Of a stretch of DNA of 64,000 nucleotides, positions 1-9,613 are shown piece by piece. Below the pieces are notes generated by a model. The model saw nothing but the letters and a program-made list of their open reading frames with translations, was not told the DNA's origin and searched no databases. Source of the DNA: an uncultured Parabacteroides sp. (GTDB lineage Bacteria; Bacteroidota; Bacteroidia; Bacteroidales; Tannerellaceae). The stretch is taken from assembly GCF_902493135.1 (NCBI RefSeq), contig NZ_CABUOD010000024.1:5585-69584 (forward strand), given 5' to 3'. The stretch's first letter is position 1; the number at the start of each line of letters is the position of its first letter. Made by a program: the position numbers and the translations under genes.

Positions 1-216
1 TCCGGCACGTGGAAGGACATCCGTCAACGCCCCCAATACAGGGACAGGCGTGCCGGGTGCGGCCGAGACAAACTTAAGATCGGTATGCATCACCCCCTTT
101 CCCGAAAGCACCTCTATAGATTGAGGCCGGGGCAGGAGCTGGAACGCTTTGTCCAGGCTACGGGCATGGACATTTAGCGTAAACATATACAAACATAGCA
201 ACAAAAGAATTTTCAT
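1..216 (-). CDS. Partial CDS (5' end only, continues past the window start): secreted protein, possibly another glycoside hydrolase of PUL1
   Basis: The reverse-strand ATG at 216 opens a frame that stays open to position 1 (72 codons, MKILLLLCLYMFTLNVHARSLDKAFQLLPRPQSIEVLSGKG...). It has a hydrophobic signal peptide. Its ATG overlaps the TGA of the upstream GH2 gene (ATGA), so it is operonic. It is absent from the ORF track because there is no stop codon in the window. The family assignment (GH20-like N-terminus) is only a weak impression. Confidence 0.55.
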   Translation of the reverse strand, partial: MKILLLLCLYMFTLNVHARSLDKAFQLLPRPQSIEVLSGKGVMHTDLKFVSAAPGTPVPVLGALTDVLPRAG

Positions 217-2681
217 AAAGCCTGTATTATCAAATTATTTTTTTTCAATTTTTCACTTTTCACAGAAACCTCTATGTTGCCGACCTTACCAGTAGACTGC
301 AACAACAATACGCATTTCCCTCTAAAGGTCCGACATAAAGGACGTTTATAAGGAAACATATCCACCGGATCTCCATTATCAACACCCAGTAGACGAACCG
401 GTCCATTCCACTCAAAAGTCAAAAGCTCCGAGGCATAAGGACAAGTGACACCAGCTTGATCCACTACATCGATTACAATCCGTATCACCTCATTCGAAGC
501 TGCTTTCACCATATTTTTATCACAGGAAAAAGCAATCGTATAAGGCAAAGATGCCGTTTGACAACGATCAATAGCCACTTCTTTACCGCCTTTCATCGCA
601 CGTGCTTCAATTTTGCCTGGGGTATAAGGAACCATCCAGACCAGTTGTTCCCCTTTATATATTTGACATCCCAAAGATACGTCATTTAAAAATAGTTCCA
701 CCGAATCACAGTTCGTATAAATAACAATCGGAATTTTTTCCCCCTCTTTCCCAGAATGTGTCCAATGAGGAAGCATGTGGACCATAGGTGTATCACTCCA
801 CAAACTTTGGTATAAGAAATAAGCATCTTTCGGAATCCCCGCTACATCAATAATCCCGAAATTACCACAACGCTGAGGCCATTCCGCTTCTCCCAAATAA
901 TCGAAACTTCCCCAACGAAAAGATCCCATCAACCAAGGGAATGAACAGATTCTACGCCAAGACGCACGCGCCCCGATACGTACGGAAGCGTTATCATAAG
1001 AAGATTGGTAATAAGGAAAAGCATTTTCCTCCGGGAAACATTCTTTTTCCGTCAAATCCGATATAGGAAAAACTCTATTTTTAAAACTATCCCAGCTCCT
1101 TCCATCTCTTCTTTCCCACGGGGCAGGAAAATCCCGCCTTCTCCATTGTGTCTTGCTCCGATAAACCCCTCTCGTCTGATATGTATGAGGGACCTCGGTT
1201 GCAACAGCACAACGATTAGGAAATTTCTTCCGAAACGACTCGAACTCTCCAACCTCTTCTCCATTTCCATTAAAACCAACAATATCAATACCTCTAAAAT
1301 TTTTGCTGTAATCTGTCAGCATTCCACGCGTAGGATCCGTACCTCCTTGCGTCACGGGACGGCTCGAATCAAGTGTATGAAAAAGAGTTATCAGGTCTCG
1401 TTGGACTTCCGGGGTCGCTCCCGTCACCTCATTGCCAATACTCCACATGATCACAGACGGGTGGTTCCTATCCCGCCTGATAAAATCAGTCATATCCTTC
1501 AGCCACCACTCCTTAAAATAGTTGCCATAATCATCGCGTGCTTTCGAAGTTCCCCAACCGTCCAAGCCTTCATTGAGCACCATAATTCCAAGCGTATCAC
1601 ATATCGAATAAAACTCCGGTGCAAACGGATTATGAGCTGTCCGAATCGCATTACATCCCATCTCCTTCAACATTTTCAAACGAAAATAAAGTAAATCATC
1701 CGGAACTGCCGCTCCTACCGCTCCAGCCGTATGATGCTCACAAACCCCTTTTAGCTTGATATTCTTTCCATTCAGATGAAACCCGGTTTGCGCACTAAAC
1801 TCTAATGAACGAAATCCGACCAACTGCCGGTTTTCATCCAACAGTTTTCCGTCACGATATAACTGACACAAAAGCACATAGGTAACCGGATTATCAGGCG
1901 ACCATCGTTCCGGTTCATGAACAGACATAGCAAGCGAACAAACGGTATCTGAAATAAACGAGTATAATAAAGACTTCCGAGCAACTACCTCTTGACGGTT
2001 ATTCACTAAAGAAGTCACTACCTGAAGTGATTTTTCCTGTTCTCCGGCAATTTCAACTTCAACCGAGACATCCGCCCGGTCTTCAGATAAAGTCTCGACA
2101 TTGAAACGTACACCAGAATAGGGTATATAAGTTTTACCTGATACGGACAAATAAACATGCCGGTAAATGCCGGAACCTGTATACCACCTCCCCGTAAGAG
2201 GTTTACTTTGATCTACTTTAACGGCAATACAATTCATGCCCTCTTCCAAAAAAGGAGTGAGATCATACATAAACCCGATATAACCATTCGGACGTTTACC
2301 CAGCAAATGCCCATTTATCCAAACCTCGCTATTTAAATAAATACCATCGAACAGAACCTGTACCTTTTGCCCTTTCCACTCCGGCCGGTAAGTAAAAGAT
2401 TTACGATACCAACCTATTCCGGCCGGTAAAAAACCACTTTGCCAATCCGTTCCATTCTCCGTACGATCATACATTCCTTCTATGCTCCAATCATGAGGCA
2501 GATCAAGTGTTCTCCACAAAGAATCGTCATATTCCTTTGAGATTGCACTTTCACCGGCATCTCCCAAATAAAACTTCCAACCAATATCAATACAAATTCT
2601 TTCTGCAGCTACCCAGTGAGGAATAACGATCAAGAGAATAAAGTAACAACCGATTAATTTCAATCTATTTACACTTTTCAT
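213..2681 (-). CDS. Glycoside hydrolase family 2 (beta-galactosidase-like), secreted
   Basis: 838-aa ORF with a GH2-type sugar-binding N-terminus (DLPHDWSIEG) and TIM-barrel motifs (IRTAHNPFAPEF, VLNEGLDGW, WSIGNEV). The likely true start is MKSVNRLKLIG at 2681, which gives a signal peptide; the ORF track extends to 2729. Confidence 0.85.
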   Translation of the reverse strand: MKSVNRLKLIGCYFILLIVIPHWVAAERICIDIGWKFYLGDAGESAISKEYDDSLWRTLDLPHDWSIEGMYDRTENGTDWQSGFLPAGIGWYRKSFTYRPEWKGQKVQVLFDGIYLNSEVWINGHLLGKRPNGYIGFMYDLTPFLEEGMNCIAVKVDQSKPLTGRWYTGSGIYRHVYLSVSGKTYIPYSGVRFNVETLSEDRADVSVEVEIAGEQEKSLQVVTSLVNNRQEVVARKSLLYSFISDTVCSLAMSVHEPERWSPDNPVTYVLLCQLYRDGKLLDENRQLVGFRSLEFSAQTGFHLNGKNIKLKGVCEHHTAGAVGAAVPDDLLYFRLKMLKEMGCNAIRTAHNPFAPEFYSICDTLGIMVLNEGLDGWGTSKARDDYGNYFKEWWLKDMTDFIRRDRNHPSVIMWSIGNEVTGATPEVQRDLITLFHTLDSSRPVTQGGTDPTRGMLTDYSKNFRGIDIVGFNGNGEEVGEFESFRKKFPNRCAVATEVPHTYQTRGVYRSKTQWRRRDFPAPWERRDGRSWDSFKNRVFPISDLTEKECFPEENAFPYYQSSYDNASVRIGARASWRRICSFPWLMGSFRWGSFDYLGEAEWPQRCGNFGIIDVAGIPKDAYFLYQSLWSDTPMVHMLPHWTHSGKEGEKIPIVIYTNCDSVELFLNDVSLGCQIYKGEQLVWMVPYTPGKIEARAMKGGKEVAIDRCQTASLPYTIAFSCDKNMVKAASNEVIRIVIDVVDQAGVTCPYASELLTFEWNGPVRLLGVDNGDPVDMFPYKRPLCRTFRGKCVLLLQSTGKVGNIEVSVKSEKLKKNNLIIQAL

Positions 2682-2785
2682 CTTTTTACTTTTAACACAT
2701 AATACTATAAAGACTAAAATAGCCGGCAATAATGATGTAGAATGATTATTACCGGCTAAAAGATTAACATTCGACTTTTATTTTA

Positions 2786-4336
2786 TTACCAACCTTCATT
2801 AGGAGTACATAACGTATTTGTTTCCAGTTCCTTGGAAGGTATCGGATAATAATAATAACGATTTGTATTACCTACTTTTCCAGTTATCAACTGCTTATAA
2901 CGCACCTCATTACAAGTCCTCATCCGTTCTTCCAGCAACCCCCAGCGGCGCAAATCGTAAAAACGTTCTCCTTCCACGAAGAATTCGATGGCACGCTGGC
3001 GTTCCAAGTCGTTAAAAACAGCCTCGTATGTCTGTGCCCCGCTATATGGATTCAAATTGGCACGTTCACGTATCTGGTTCAAGTAACTGATCGCAACCGA
3101 TAAATCCTGTTTGCCACGCAGATAAGATTCTGCAAGTAACAATATCACATCTGCATAACGGACGGCACGTTCGTTGATACAAGACATGGGAGGTGAAGGT
3201 TCCGATTCCTGCGTGTTCCAATTCTGGTATTTCAAGATCCAAAACGTATTCCATCTGTCTTCTGCAAACCTTTCTCTAAACGGTTTTAAATAATAGGTAC
3301 AACCTTCCCAGTCCCAAGCAACCGAAGTACGAGCACGATAATCAAAATTACCGTCTTTGTCTTTTTCTTCTAAGAAATAATCCATGATTTGCGGAGTAGG
3401 ATTCGCCTCATACCAACCGCCGGCTTCCGGTGCCGCATACTCTTTTGGACGTGTATTGGTTTGCGTAGAATTGATGTTTTCTCCATCGCCCCAAATATCC
3501 GTTCCGCCAACCGGTTCCATGAGCAACTCAAAAATACTCTCGTCATTATTCTCATGCGTATCATCAAAATTCCAAGCAAAATCATCGACCAAACGATAAG
3601 AATAAGGAGAATGAGTCAACGGTTCCAAAACATCAATCGCCTTATCGAACTGTTCTTCATAGACATAAATTTTACCCAACATGGCATTAGCCGCACCTTT
3701 GGTAGGCTTACCCGCCACATCGTTTTTCACCGGCAGCAAAGACGCTGCCGTGATCAAATCCTGTTCAGCCTGAGCCCATATCTCCGCCTGAGACGATTTT
3801 TCCAACGGGAACGTCGCTGGAGACTGTGATGCCGTCAAACGCAAAGGTGCATCCTTAAACTCTTTTCCCAACTGGAACAGATAAAAACCACGGATAAAAA
3901 GACACTCTCCTTTCACCTTATTAATGAAATCGGTTGTAAAGTCACCCTGTTTCTCTTCTAATTTCTGCATGATGGAATTTGTCCGGTATAAAGCATTATA
4001 GAACTGGTAAAACATCCCTTGCGATAAAGAGTTGCCATTCGTATTGGTGAAATAACAAGCCTGAAAAACATCACTGATGTCATTTCTGAACTCCACCTCG
4101 TCAGCACGCGCAATACGCATCATGACACCGCGAGTACCATAATAACCTCCATTCAACGCATTTTTAAGCGGAGTATAACAAGAGGTCAAGGCCAATTCAA
4201 AATCCGCTTCTGTTTTCCAGAAAGTATCTTCTGTCGCCTTATTCGGATTTACCTGTTCCAACTGCGAATCACAAGAAGAACAAAAAGTGACGAGTGCGAC
4301 AGCACAAGCTATAAAATATAGATATATTCGTTTCAT
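2786..4336 (-). CDS. SusD/RagB family nutrient-binding outer-membrane lipoprotein (PUL1)
   Basis: Lipoprotein signal (ALVTFCSSC), 516 aa, TPR-like helical SusD pattern (YLFQLGKEFKD, FYDLRRWG), located immediately downstream of a SusC-type gene. Confidence 0.9.
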   Translation of the reverse strand: MKRIYLYFIACAVALVTFCSSCDSQLEQVNPNKATEDTFWKTEADFELALTSCYTPLKNALNGGYYGTRGVMMRIARADEVEFRNDISDVFQACYFTNTNGNSLSQGMFYQFYNALYRTNSIMQKLEEKQGDFTTDFINKVKGECLFIRGFYLFQLGKEFKDAPLRLTASQSPATFPLEKSSQAEIWAQAEQDLITAASLLPVKNDVAGKPTKGAANAMLGKIYVYEEQFDKAIDVLEPLTHSPYSYRLVDDFAWNFDDTHENNDESIFELLMEPVGGTDIWGDGENINSTQTNTRPKEYAAPEAGGWYEANPTPQIMDYFLEEKDKDGNFDYRARTSVAWDWEGCTYYLKPFRERFAEDRWNTFWILKYQNWNTQESEPSPPMSCINERAVRYADVILLLAESYLRGKQDLSVAISYLNQIRERANLNPYSGAQTYEAVFNDLERQRAIEFFVEGERFYDLRRWGLLEERMRTCNEVRYKQLITGKVGNTNRYYYYPIPSKELETNTLCTPNEGW

Positions 4337-4349
4337 ACTATTAGTTCAT

Positions 4350-7300
4350 TTAAAAAGTTACGTTCAAACCCACCATAAATGTACGGTTGGAAGGATATAT
4401 AAACTCATCGAAACCACGAGAATAAACATTGGAAGAGTTTACGTCCGGAGTATATCCCGAATACGAAGTGATCGTAAACAAGTTCTCCGCATTAAAATAT
4501 ACACGCGCTTTTTGAATAAGGCCATTGAATAACGCATTTGGGAATGTATAACCAAGCTGAACATTTCTCAAGCGGAAATAAGAGCCATTTTCCAAATAAC
4601 GATCGGATTCCGGACGCGCATTTCTGTTAGGATCTGTCCAAATCAGACGCGGATGAGACGCATTCTTGTTTTCCGGCGTCCAATAATCCAACGTACTGGC
4701 CAGATAGTTCGTTCCACGCGTCACATCATCCAATTGCAGACGGGTTGCATTATAGATCTTATTACCCGCCACACCTTGGAAACCGATCGAGAAGTCCACT
4801 TGCTTATAAGTCAAATTACCATTAATGGAATAGGTAAATTTAGGGAACGGACTACCACAATAAACACGGTCTTCATCGTTGATCGTGCCGTCATTGTTCG
4901 TATCCTTAAAACGGATATCTCCCGGTTCAGCACTCGGTTGTATCAAGACTCCATCTTTTTGGTATGCTTGCACCTCTTCCGTGCTGTTGAAGTAACCGTC
5001 AACAGGGATCAACCAAAAACCGCCAATCGGATAACCAGCAAGCGTTTTACTCGTATAAGTACCACCATGTATCGTTCCACCGGTTATGGCTTGCGACTCG
5101 GCTCCCATTTCTACGACTTCATTCTTATTATACGTACCTAAGAAACTGACGCCATAAGAGAGATCCTTGTTCAACGATTCATTCCATCCGACATTGAATT
5201 CGATACCCTTGTTGCGGATTTTACCGGCATTACGGATCGGATCATTAGCTCCACCGGTCGAAATAGGAATCGGGACATTCAACAAGATATCTTTTGTGTT
5301 TTTCACATACCAGTCGGCGGTCAATGTCAAACGATTACGCAATGCCATAAAGTCGATACCGACATTTGTCATAGCTGTTTCTTCCCATTTAATATCAGGA
5401 TTGGCAAACGTCTTCGGAAAGGCCCCTTGGATCAGCCCGCTCTTTCCATCAGGATAGTTAATGCCGGTCGTTACGACCGAGACAAACTGGTAATTACTGA
5501 TTTCCTGATTACCCAGCACACCATAGCCACCTCTCAATTTCAATTGATCCAACCAAGAAGCATTGTCCTTAACAAAGCTTTCTTCCGCAACATTCCAACC
5601 AGCCGATACCGACGGAAAATTACCATAACGATGGCTGGAACCGAACTTGGAAGAACCGTCACGACGGATAGTCGCCGTCAACAGATATTTATTTTTATAG
5701 GAATAAAAAGCACGCCCTAAAATAGAAGTCAACACACTGCGAGTGGAATTGCCGCTAACAGCCAGTCCTTGTGCGGCAGCATCAATTTCCATAATACCGG
5801 CAGGCATACCTTGTCCTGAACCTTGCATATACCGATAACGGGAATCCTGATAGGTATAACCAGCCAAAACAGATATTTTATGATCTCCAAACGTCCGGTC
5901 GAATGTCAATAAGTTTTCCACCAACACATTACGTGTACGGGTCTGCTGTTCTGTGACCTTCGTCAATCCATTCGTCGCCAATCCGAAATCATACACCCCA
6001 TTATAATTATTGTATCGATAGAATTGGAAGTCCGGGGTCAAATTCAATTTATATTTCAACCCCTTCATAAACTCTACCGAGACATAGGCATTGGCATAAA
6101 TCTTGACATTTTCATTATAACGCTTCATCAAGTTGTCGTCCACCATGCCTAACGGATGCGTCAGATTCACAACGTCGCCATACAAAGCACCATACCCGCC
6201 TACGCGAGACGCATCGTATTGTTCCCATGTCGGAATCGCCTGTATCGTATGGCCGACCATACCTCCGCGGACTTCCGAATGCAACGGATTGCTTTGATCG
6301 TAAGCCAAGACAACATTCGTTCCTGCCGAGAAAATGCCTTTTTTGAAATCTTGTTTGCTCTGTAAGGTATAACGCTGGTAGTTGGTTCCTTTCATGACTC
6401 CATCTTGATTCGTATAGCCGACACTGTTATAATACGTAGTATATTTCCCCCCTCCTTTTACGGAAAGCGCATAATTCTGCATCAAAGCCGGTCCGAACAT
6501 CAAATCCTGCCAATCGTTATCCGGTTTGGATGCCAGATCCTGCGCCATTTCAAGCGGATTCAAACCTGCCGCTTTCCGGGAAATAGTCGAAACTTCCGCC
6601 CATCCGGCCGCATCCAACAAATCCAGATATTTTGAAGGTGCAGTGACACCGATATTTGCAGACAGGTCCACAATCGGTTTACCTTCCGTGTTTGCTCCCT
6701 CCTTAGTAGTCACAATGATTACACCGTTAGCCGCACGCGACCCATAAATAGCCGCCGAGGAAGCATCTTTCAGCACATCTATACTGGCGATATCGTTCGG
6801 ATTGATATGATCGATTCCACTCATATACATACCGTCCACGATATATAAAGGAGACGAATTGTTCAAGGTTCCGATACCACGAACCATAACACGGGTACTC
6901 CCCCCCGGTGCGCCTCCCTGTGATACGATATCCACACCAGCAATCTTTCCCTGCAAAGCCTGGCCTATAGTCGTATTGCTCTGCGTATTCAAATCATCCG
7001 TACTGATATTGGCAACCGAACCGGTCAAGTCGGCTTTCTTCTGCGTACCATACCCGATCACGACCACTTCATCCAATGCTTTCGTATCTTCCAATAACAC
7101 GACATTGATTGTTTTCTCGTTACCTACAATGATTTCCTTTGTCAGATAACCGATATAAGAAATATTCAATACCGATTTGGAATCGGCTTCAATAGAGAAA
7201 TTACCGTCAAAATCGGTAACAGTCCCGTTCGTAGTTCCCTTTACAACAACATTCGCCCCGATAATCGGTTCCCCCATATTATCGACGATCCGACCTGTAA

Positions 7301-7709
7301 CCGTTCGTGTTTGTTGTTCGACGGCAGCGACAGTATTCACTTCTTTCGCAGACAATACGATATGCGTACCTTCCATCTCGTATTCGATACCAGCATTCTT
7401 GAACAGGTTATCCAATACCACTGAGACAGGTTTCGTTTTAGCCTTTACCGAAACTTTCCGGTTAACATCTATCTGATTATTATAGATAAACAAGTAATCT
7501 GTCTGGCTTTCAATCTCATCCAGAATCTTTTCTAACTGAGTATTGCTCTTGTTTATACTTACCCGGGCGTTCTGCGAATGCGAATTTTCAGCATACGAGC
7601 AGAATACACAGGCCCCCAAAAGGAATGTGGATATTCGCATAGTTCTCAAGATTTTTTTACCTGACGGGGTTTTCGGATAATATCCCCCCGACAAAAAGTT
7701 TTTTTTCAT
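4350..7709 (-). CDS. SusC/RagA family TonB-dependent receptor with N-terminal STN signalling extension (PUL1)
   Basis: 1119 aa. An STN-like segment (LEKILDEIESQTDYLFIYNNQIDVNRKVSVKAK...LFKNAGIEYEMEGTHIVLS) is followed by a carboxypeptidase-regulatory-like domain (VTGRIVD..GANVVVKGTTNGTVTDFDGNF), a plug, and a C-terminal barrel ending in NVTF. Confidence 0.92.
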   Translation of the reverse strand: MKKNFLSGGYYPKTPSGKKILRTMRISTFLLGACVFCSYAENSHSQNARVSINKSNTQLEKILDEIESQTDYLFIYNNQIDVNRKVSVKAKTKPVSVVLDNLFKNAGIEYEMEGTHIVLSAKEVNTVAAVEQQTRTVTGRIVDNMGEPIIGANVVVKGTTNGTVTDFDGNFSIEADSKSVLNISYIGYLTKEIIVGNEKTINVVLLEDTKALDEVVVIGYGTQKKADLTGSVANISTDDLNTQSNTTIGQALQGKIAGVDIVSQGGAPGGSTRVMVRGIGTLNNSSPLYIVDGMYMSGIDHINPNDIASIDVLKDASSAAIYGSRAANGVIIVTTKEGANTEGKPIVDLSANIGVTAPSKYLDLLDAAGWAEVSTISRKAAGLNPLEMAQDLASKPDNDWQDLMFGPALMQNYALSVKGGGKYTTYYNSVGYTNQDGVMKGTNYQRYTLQSKQDFKKGIFSAGTNVVLAYDQSNPLHSEVRGGMVGHTIQAIPTWEQYDASRVGGYGALYGDVVNLTHPLGMVDDNLMKRYNENVKIYANAYVSVEFMKGLKYKLNLTPDFQFYRYNNYNGVYDFGLATNGLTKVTEQQTRTRNVLVENLLTFDRTFGDHKISVLAGYTYQDSRYRYMQGSGQGMPAGIMEIDAAAQGLAVSGNSTRSVLTSILGRAFYSYKNKYLLTATIRRDGSSKFGSSHRYGNFPSVSAGWNVAEESFVKDNASWLDQLKLRGGYGVLGNQEISNYQFVSVVTTGINYPDGKSGLIQGAFPKTFANPDIKWEETAMTNVGIDFMALRNRLTLTADWYVKNTKDILLNVPIPISTGGANDPIRNAGKIRNKGIEFNVGWNESLNKDLSYGVSFLGTYNKNEVVEMGAESQAITGGTIHGGTYTSKTLAGYPIGGFWLIPVDGYFNSTEEVQAYQKDGVLIQPSAEPGDIRFKDTNNDGTINDEDRVYCGSPFPKFTYSINGNLTYKQVDFSIGFQGVAGNKIYNATRLQLDDVTRGTNYLASTLDYWTPENKNASHPRLIWTDPNRNARPESDRYLENGSYFRLRNVQLGYTFPNALFNGLIQKARVYFNAENLFTITSYSGYTPDVNSSNVYSRGFDEFIYPSNRTFMVGLNVTF

Positions 7710-7900
7710 ACCTTTGTAAATGATTTGAAGTTAATACAATGAATTAAAAAAATTGTGTTGATTGGAATGCCGGTAAATGCCCCCCAGCGCTTGCCGGCAT
7801 TTTTTGTTATTCCTTGTTTGTTTTCATGCCTCCTATTCTTTTATAAGGTTAATACTAATTATCGTGTTTTTTATTTTTGTTCTTTATATATTACTCGTGT

Positions 7901-8854
7901 TTATCTGATATAAATAATCTGATTTTCATCATCCCGCTCATATTTGAAGCGTATATCCTTCTGCAAGACCCTCAACGCGTAGTCGATGCCGTCTGCTTGC
8001 CTGAACTTCCCCGTGAAGAAATATTTCAGTACCTTTTTATTCTCCACCACTATGCTGACTCCGAAATATTTCTCCAGATCATTCATGATCGAGAGGAACG
8101 ATCCGTTCCGGAAGCATATCAACCCTTCTTTCCAACGATAAGGGTTATAATCGTCGACCGGAATGACTTTCAGTCTGCCGTCCTTTTGCAGGCACGCCTT
8201 GCTGTCCGGTTTCAGCGTCAACGTATCTCCCAGACCGATCCGCGAAGCGACCCGCACGCTTCCTTCCATCAACGTGACCTCAAAATCGTCTTTGCCGGAA
8301 TAGCCTTCCACGTTGAACTTTGTGCCCAATACTTCCATATTGCACTTGCCCGTTTCCACGATAAAAGGCCTTTTCGTATCTTTGGCTACATCGAAATAGG
8401 CTTCCCCGTCGACCGTGACCCGGCGTACGGACTTGTCGAACACAGCCGGATAAACGATCTTCGTCCGGGCATTCAGCCAGACATTCGTCCCGTCTGCCAA
8501 CGTGATGTTCACCCGTTGTCCGGCAGGAACATAAATGGACTGCATCGGCATTGCTCCGCCCTTATCCGAAACAAATTGATATAAGAAGCTAAGTCCCAAT
8601 GTCACAGCGACAACTGCCGCGATCTTGATTAACTCAGTTCCGAGAGGATTCAGGCTCCATGACTTGTTCCGTTTCTTCGCTTCGATCGTTTTTTCGTCAC
8701 CAAGAAGCAACATCGAGTCGAATATCTTTCTCTCTTTCAAGAATTCGCGTCTGTTTTCCGGGGAATGTTCCATCCATTGCCGGATCCGGACTTCTTCTTC
8801 ATAAGAAGCGGCTCCTTCAAAGAACTTATATAACGTTTCCCTGTCCATTTTCAT
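7901..8854 (-). CDS. FecR family anti-sigma factor (PUL1)
   Basis: 317 aa with an N-terminal cytoplasmic anti-sigma segment, one TM helix (IAAVVAVTLGLSFLY) and a FecR periplasmic domain (LADGTNVWLNARTKIVYP...EAYFDV). It sits directly upstream of the STN-SusC gene. Confidence 0.9.
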   Translation of the reverse strand: MKMDRETLYKFFEGAASYEEEVRIRQWMEHSPENRREFLKERKIFDSMLLLGDEKTIEAKKRNKSWSLNPLGTELIKIAAVVAVTLGLSFLYQFVSDKGGAMPMQSIYVPAGQRVNITLADGTNVWLNARTKIVYPAVFDKSVRRVTVDGEAYFDVAKDTKRPFIVETGKCNMEVLGTKFNVEGYSGKDDFEVTLMEGSVRVASRIGLGDTLTLKPDSKACLQKDGRLKVIPVDDYNPYRWKEGLICFRNGSFLSIMNDLEKYFGVSIVVENKKVLKYFFTGKFRQADGIDYALRVLQKDIRFKYERDDENQIIYIR

Positions 8855-9326
8855 CTTTTTACTTACACTTACATAATACTAACAGTTCACAAATTTATAT
8901 CCCTAGTTGAAAATGAAAAAAAATATTTTCTTTTTTTTATAACAAGTGTATGGCTTCCTCTGGGAATCCACTTTTCAGATGCTCATCGCTTCCCTAAAAG
9001 GTAGGCATCGGTTGCCCAATAGTGACTTGTACTGATCTACAGAGTTTCCAAGCTGTGTGAACTCTAATTAAATAAAATAACTAAGGGGAATTTAGGAAAT
9101 AATCCAAGAAGATTTAAACCGGTAAAGGCTCCAAATATTCTGAACATCGACATCTTGGCTCATTCGGTAATCGTTACATGATCTCGATGTCGTTTAAGAC
9201 ATATAACCACTTCTTGTAGTCGCCGGTCCTGCTTCAAACCGAGCATCTCTACATTGCGGAAACTGATGATAAGATATTAGCTTGCTTCACTGCCGAAAAT
9301 CTTTTTCCAGCCGTAATCCGAGAAGG

Positions 9327-9500
9327 GAAACAAAAGTCTCCGCAGTTGAAACTTTAGTTTCAAGGCGCGAAACTAAAGTTTCGATCGGTGAAACAAAAGT
9401 TTCCTCCGATGAAACTAAAGTTTCCCTCAAGTGAAACTAAAGTTTCAAGGTGAGCGACTACATGAAACTTTAGTTTCAAACTTTTTTTCGGCTGAAACTA
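9327..9500. repeat. Phased array of 14-bp palindromes GAAAC-N4-GTTTC (8 copies)
   Basis: Copies start at 9327 (degenerate), 9348, 9369, 9390, 9411, 9433, 9464 and 9494 (half site). Spacings are 21, 21, 21, 21, 22, 31 and 30 bp. Core variants are GAAACTAAAGTTTC, GAAACTTTAGTTTC and GAAACAAAAGTTTC. The array is non-coding (stops, no start). Confidence 0.9.
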
Positions 9501-9587
9501 TTGGGGATATTTTAAAATTACTCTCCAGGAAGATTCCGAAGCACTGAATGAAGTTGTGGCGAACTTCCGTTATTCTGATAAAAATAT

Positions 9588-9595
9588 TATATTTG
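9588..9595 (+). promoter_or_regulatory. Candidate Bacteroides -7 promoter box (TATATTTG)
   Basis: Perfect match to the TAnnTTTG -7 consensus, 19 nt upstream of the ATG at 9614. This supports the shorter start for the sigma gene. Confidence 0.45.
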
Positions 9596-9613
9596 CGACC
9601 ATACAACACAATT

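Noticed and set aside
7690-7709. An A8 homopolymer in codons 2-4 of the PUL1 SusC gene (ATGAAAAAAAAC), and other 8-nt A/T runs at 8911-8940 and 63063-63071, considered as slipped-strand phase-variation tracts.
   Set aside because: Runs of 8 are short. MKK starts are ubiquitous in Bacteroidales signal peptides. Without population data there is no evidence of length variation.
7766-7805. A hairpin AATGCCGG-N20-CCGGCATT followed by TTTTT between the FecR and SusC genes of PUL1, considered as a terminator.
   Set aside because: The T-run is on the plus strand, whereas both flanking genes are on the minus strand, and on the minus strand no U-tract follows the stem. It may still be an RNA structure, but I cannot call it a terminator.
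8940-9320. An unassigned ~380 bp stretch upstream of FecR with a few small stems (e.g. CGACATC...GATGTCG at 9147-9191), considered as an ncRNA, a decayed sigma gene or an IS remnant.
   Set aside because: I could recognise no tRNA/ncRNA signature. Reverse-strand translations show no sigma-70 region 2 or 4 motifs and no transposase motifs. The evidence is insufficient for any call.
9327-9500. Whether the palindrome array, or the 23-bp array at 31117-31225, could be a CRISPR array.
   Set aside because: The repeats are only 14 to about 20 bp, the spacers are 7-17 bp and not unique-length protospacer-like, there are no cas genes in the window, and there are few units. This is not CRISPR.
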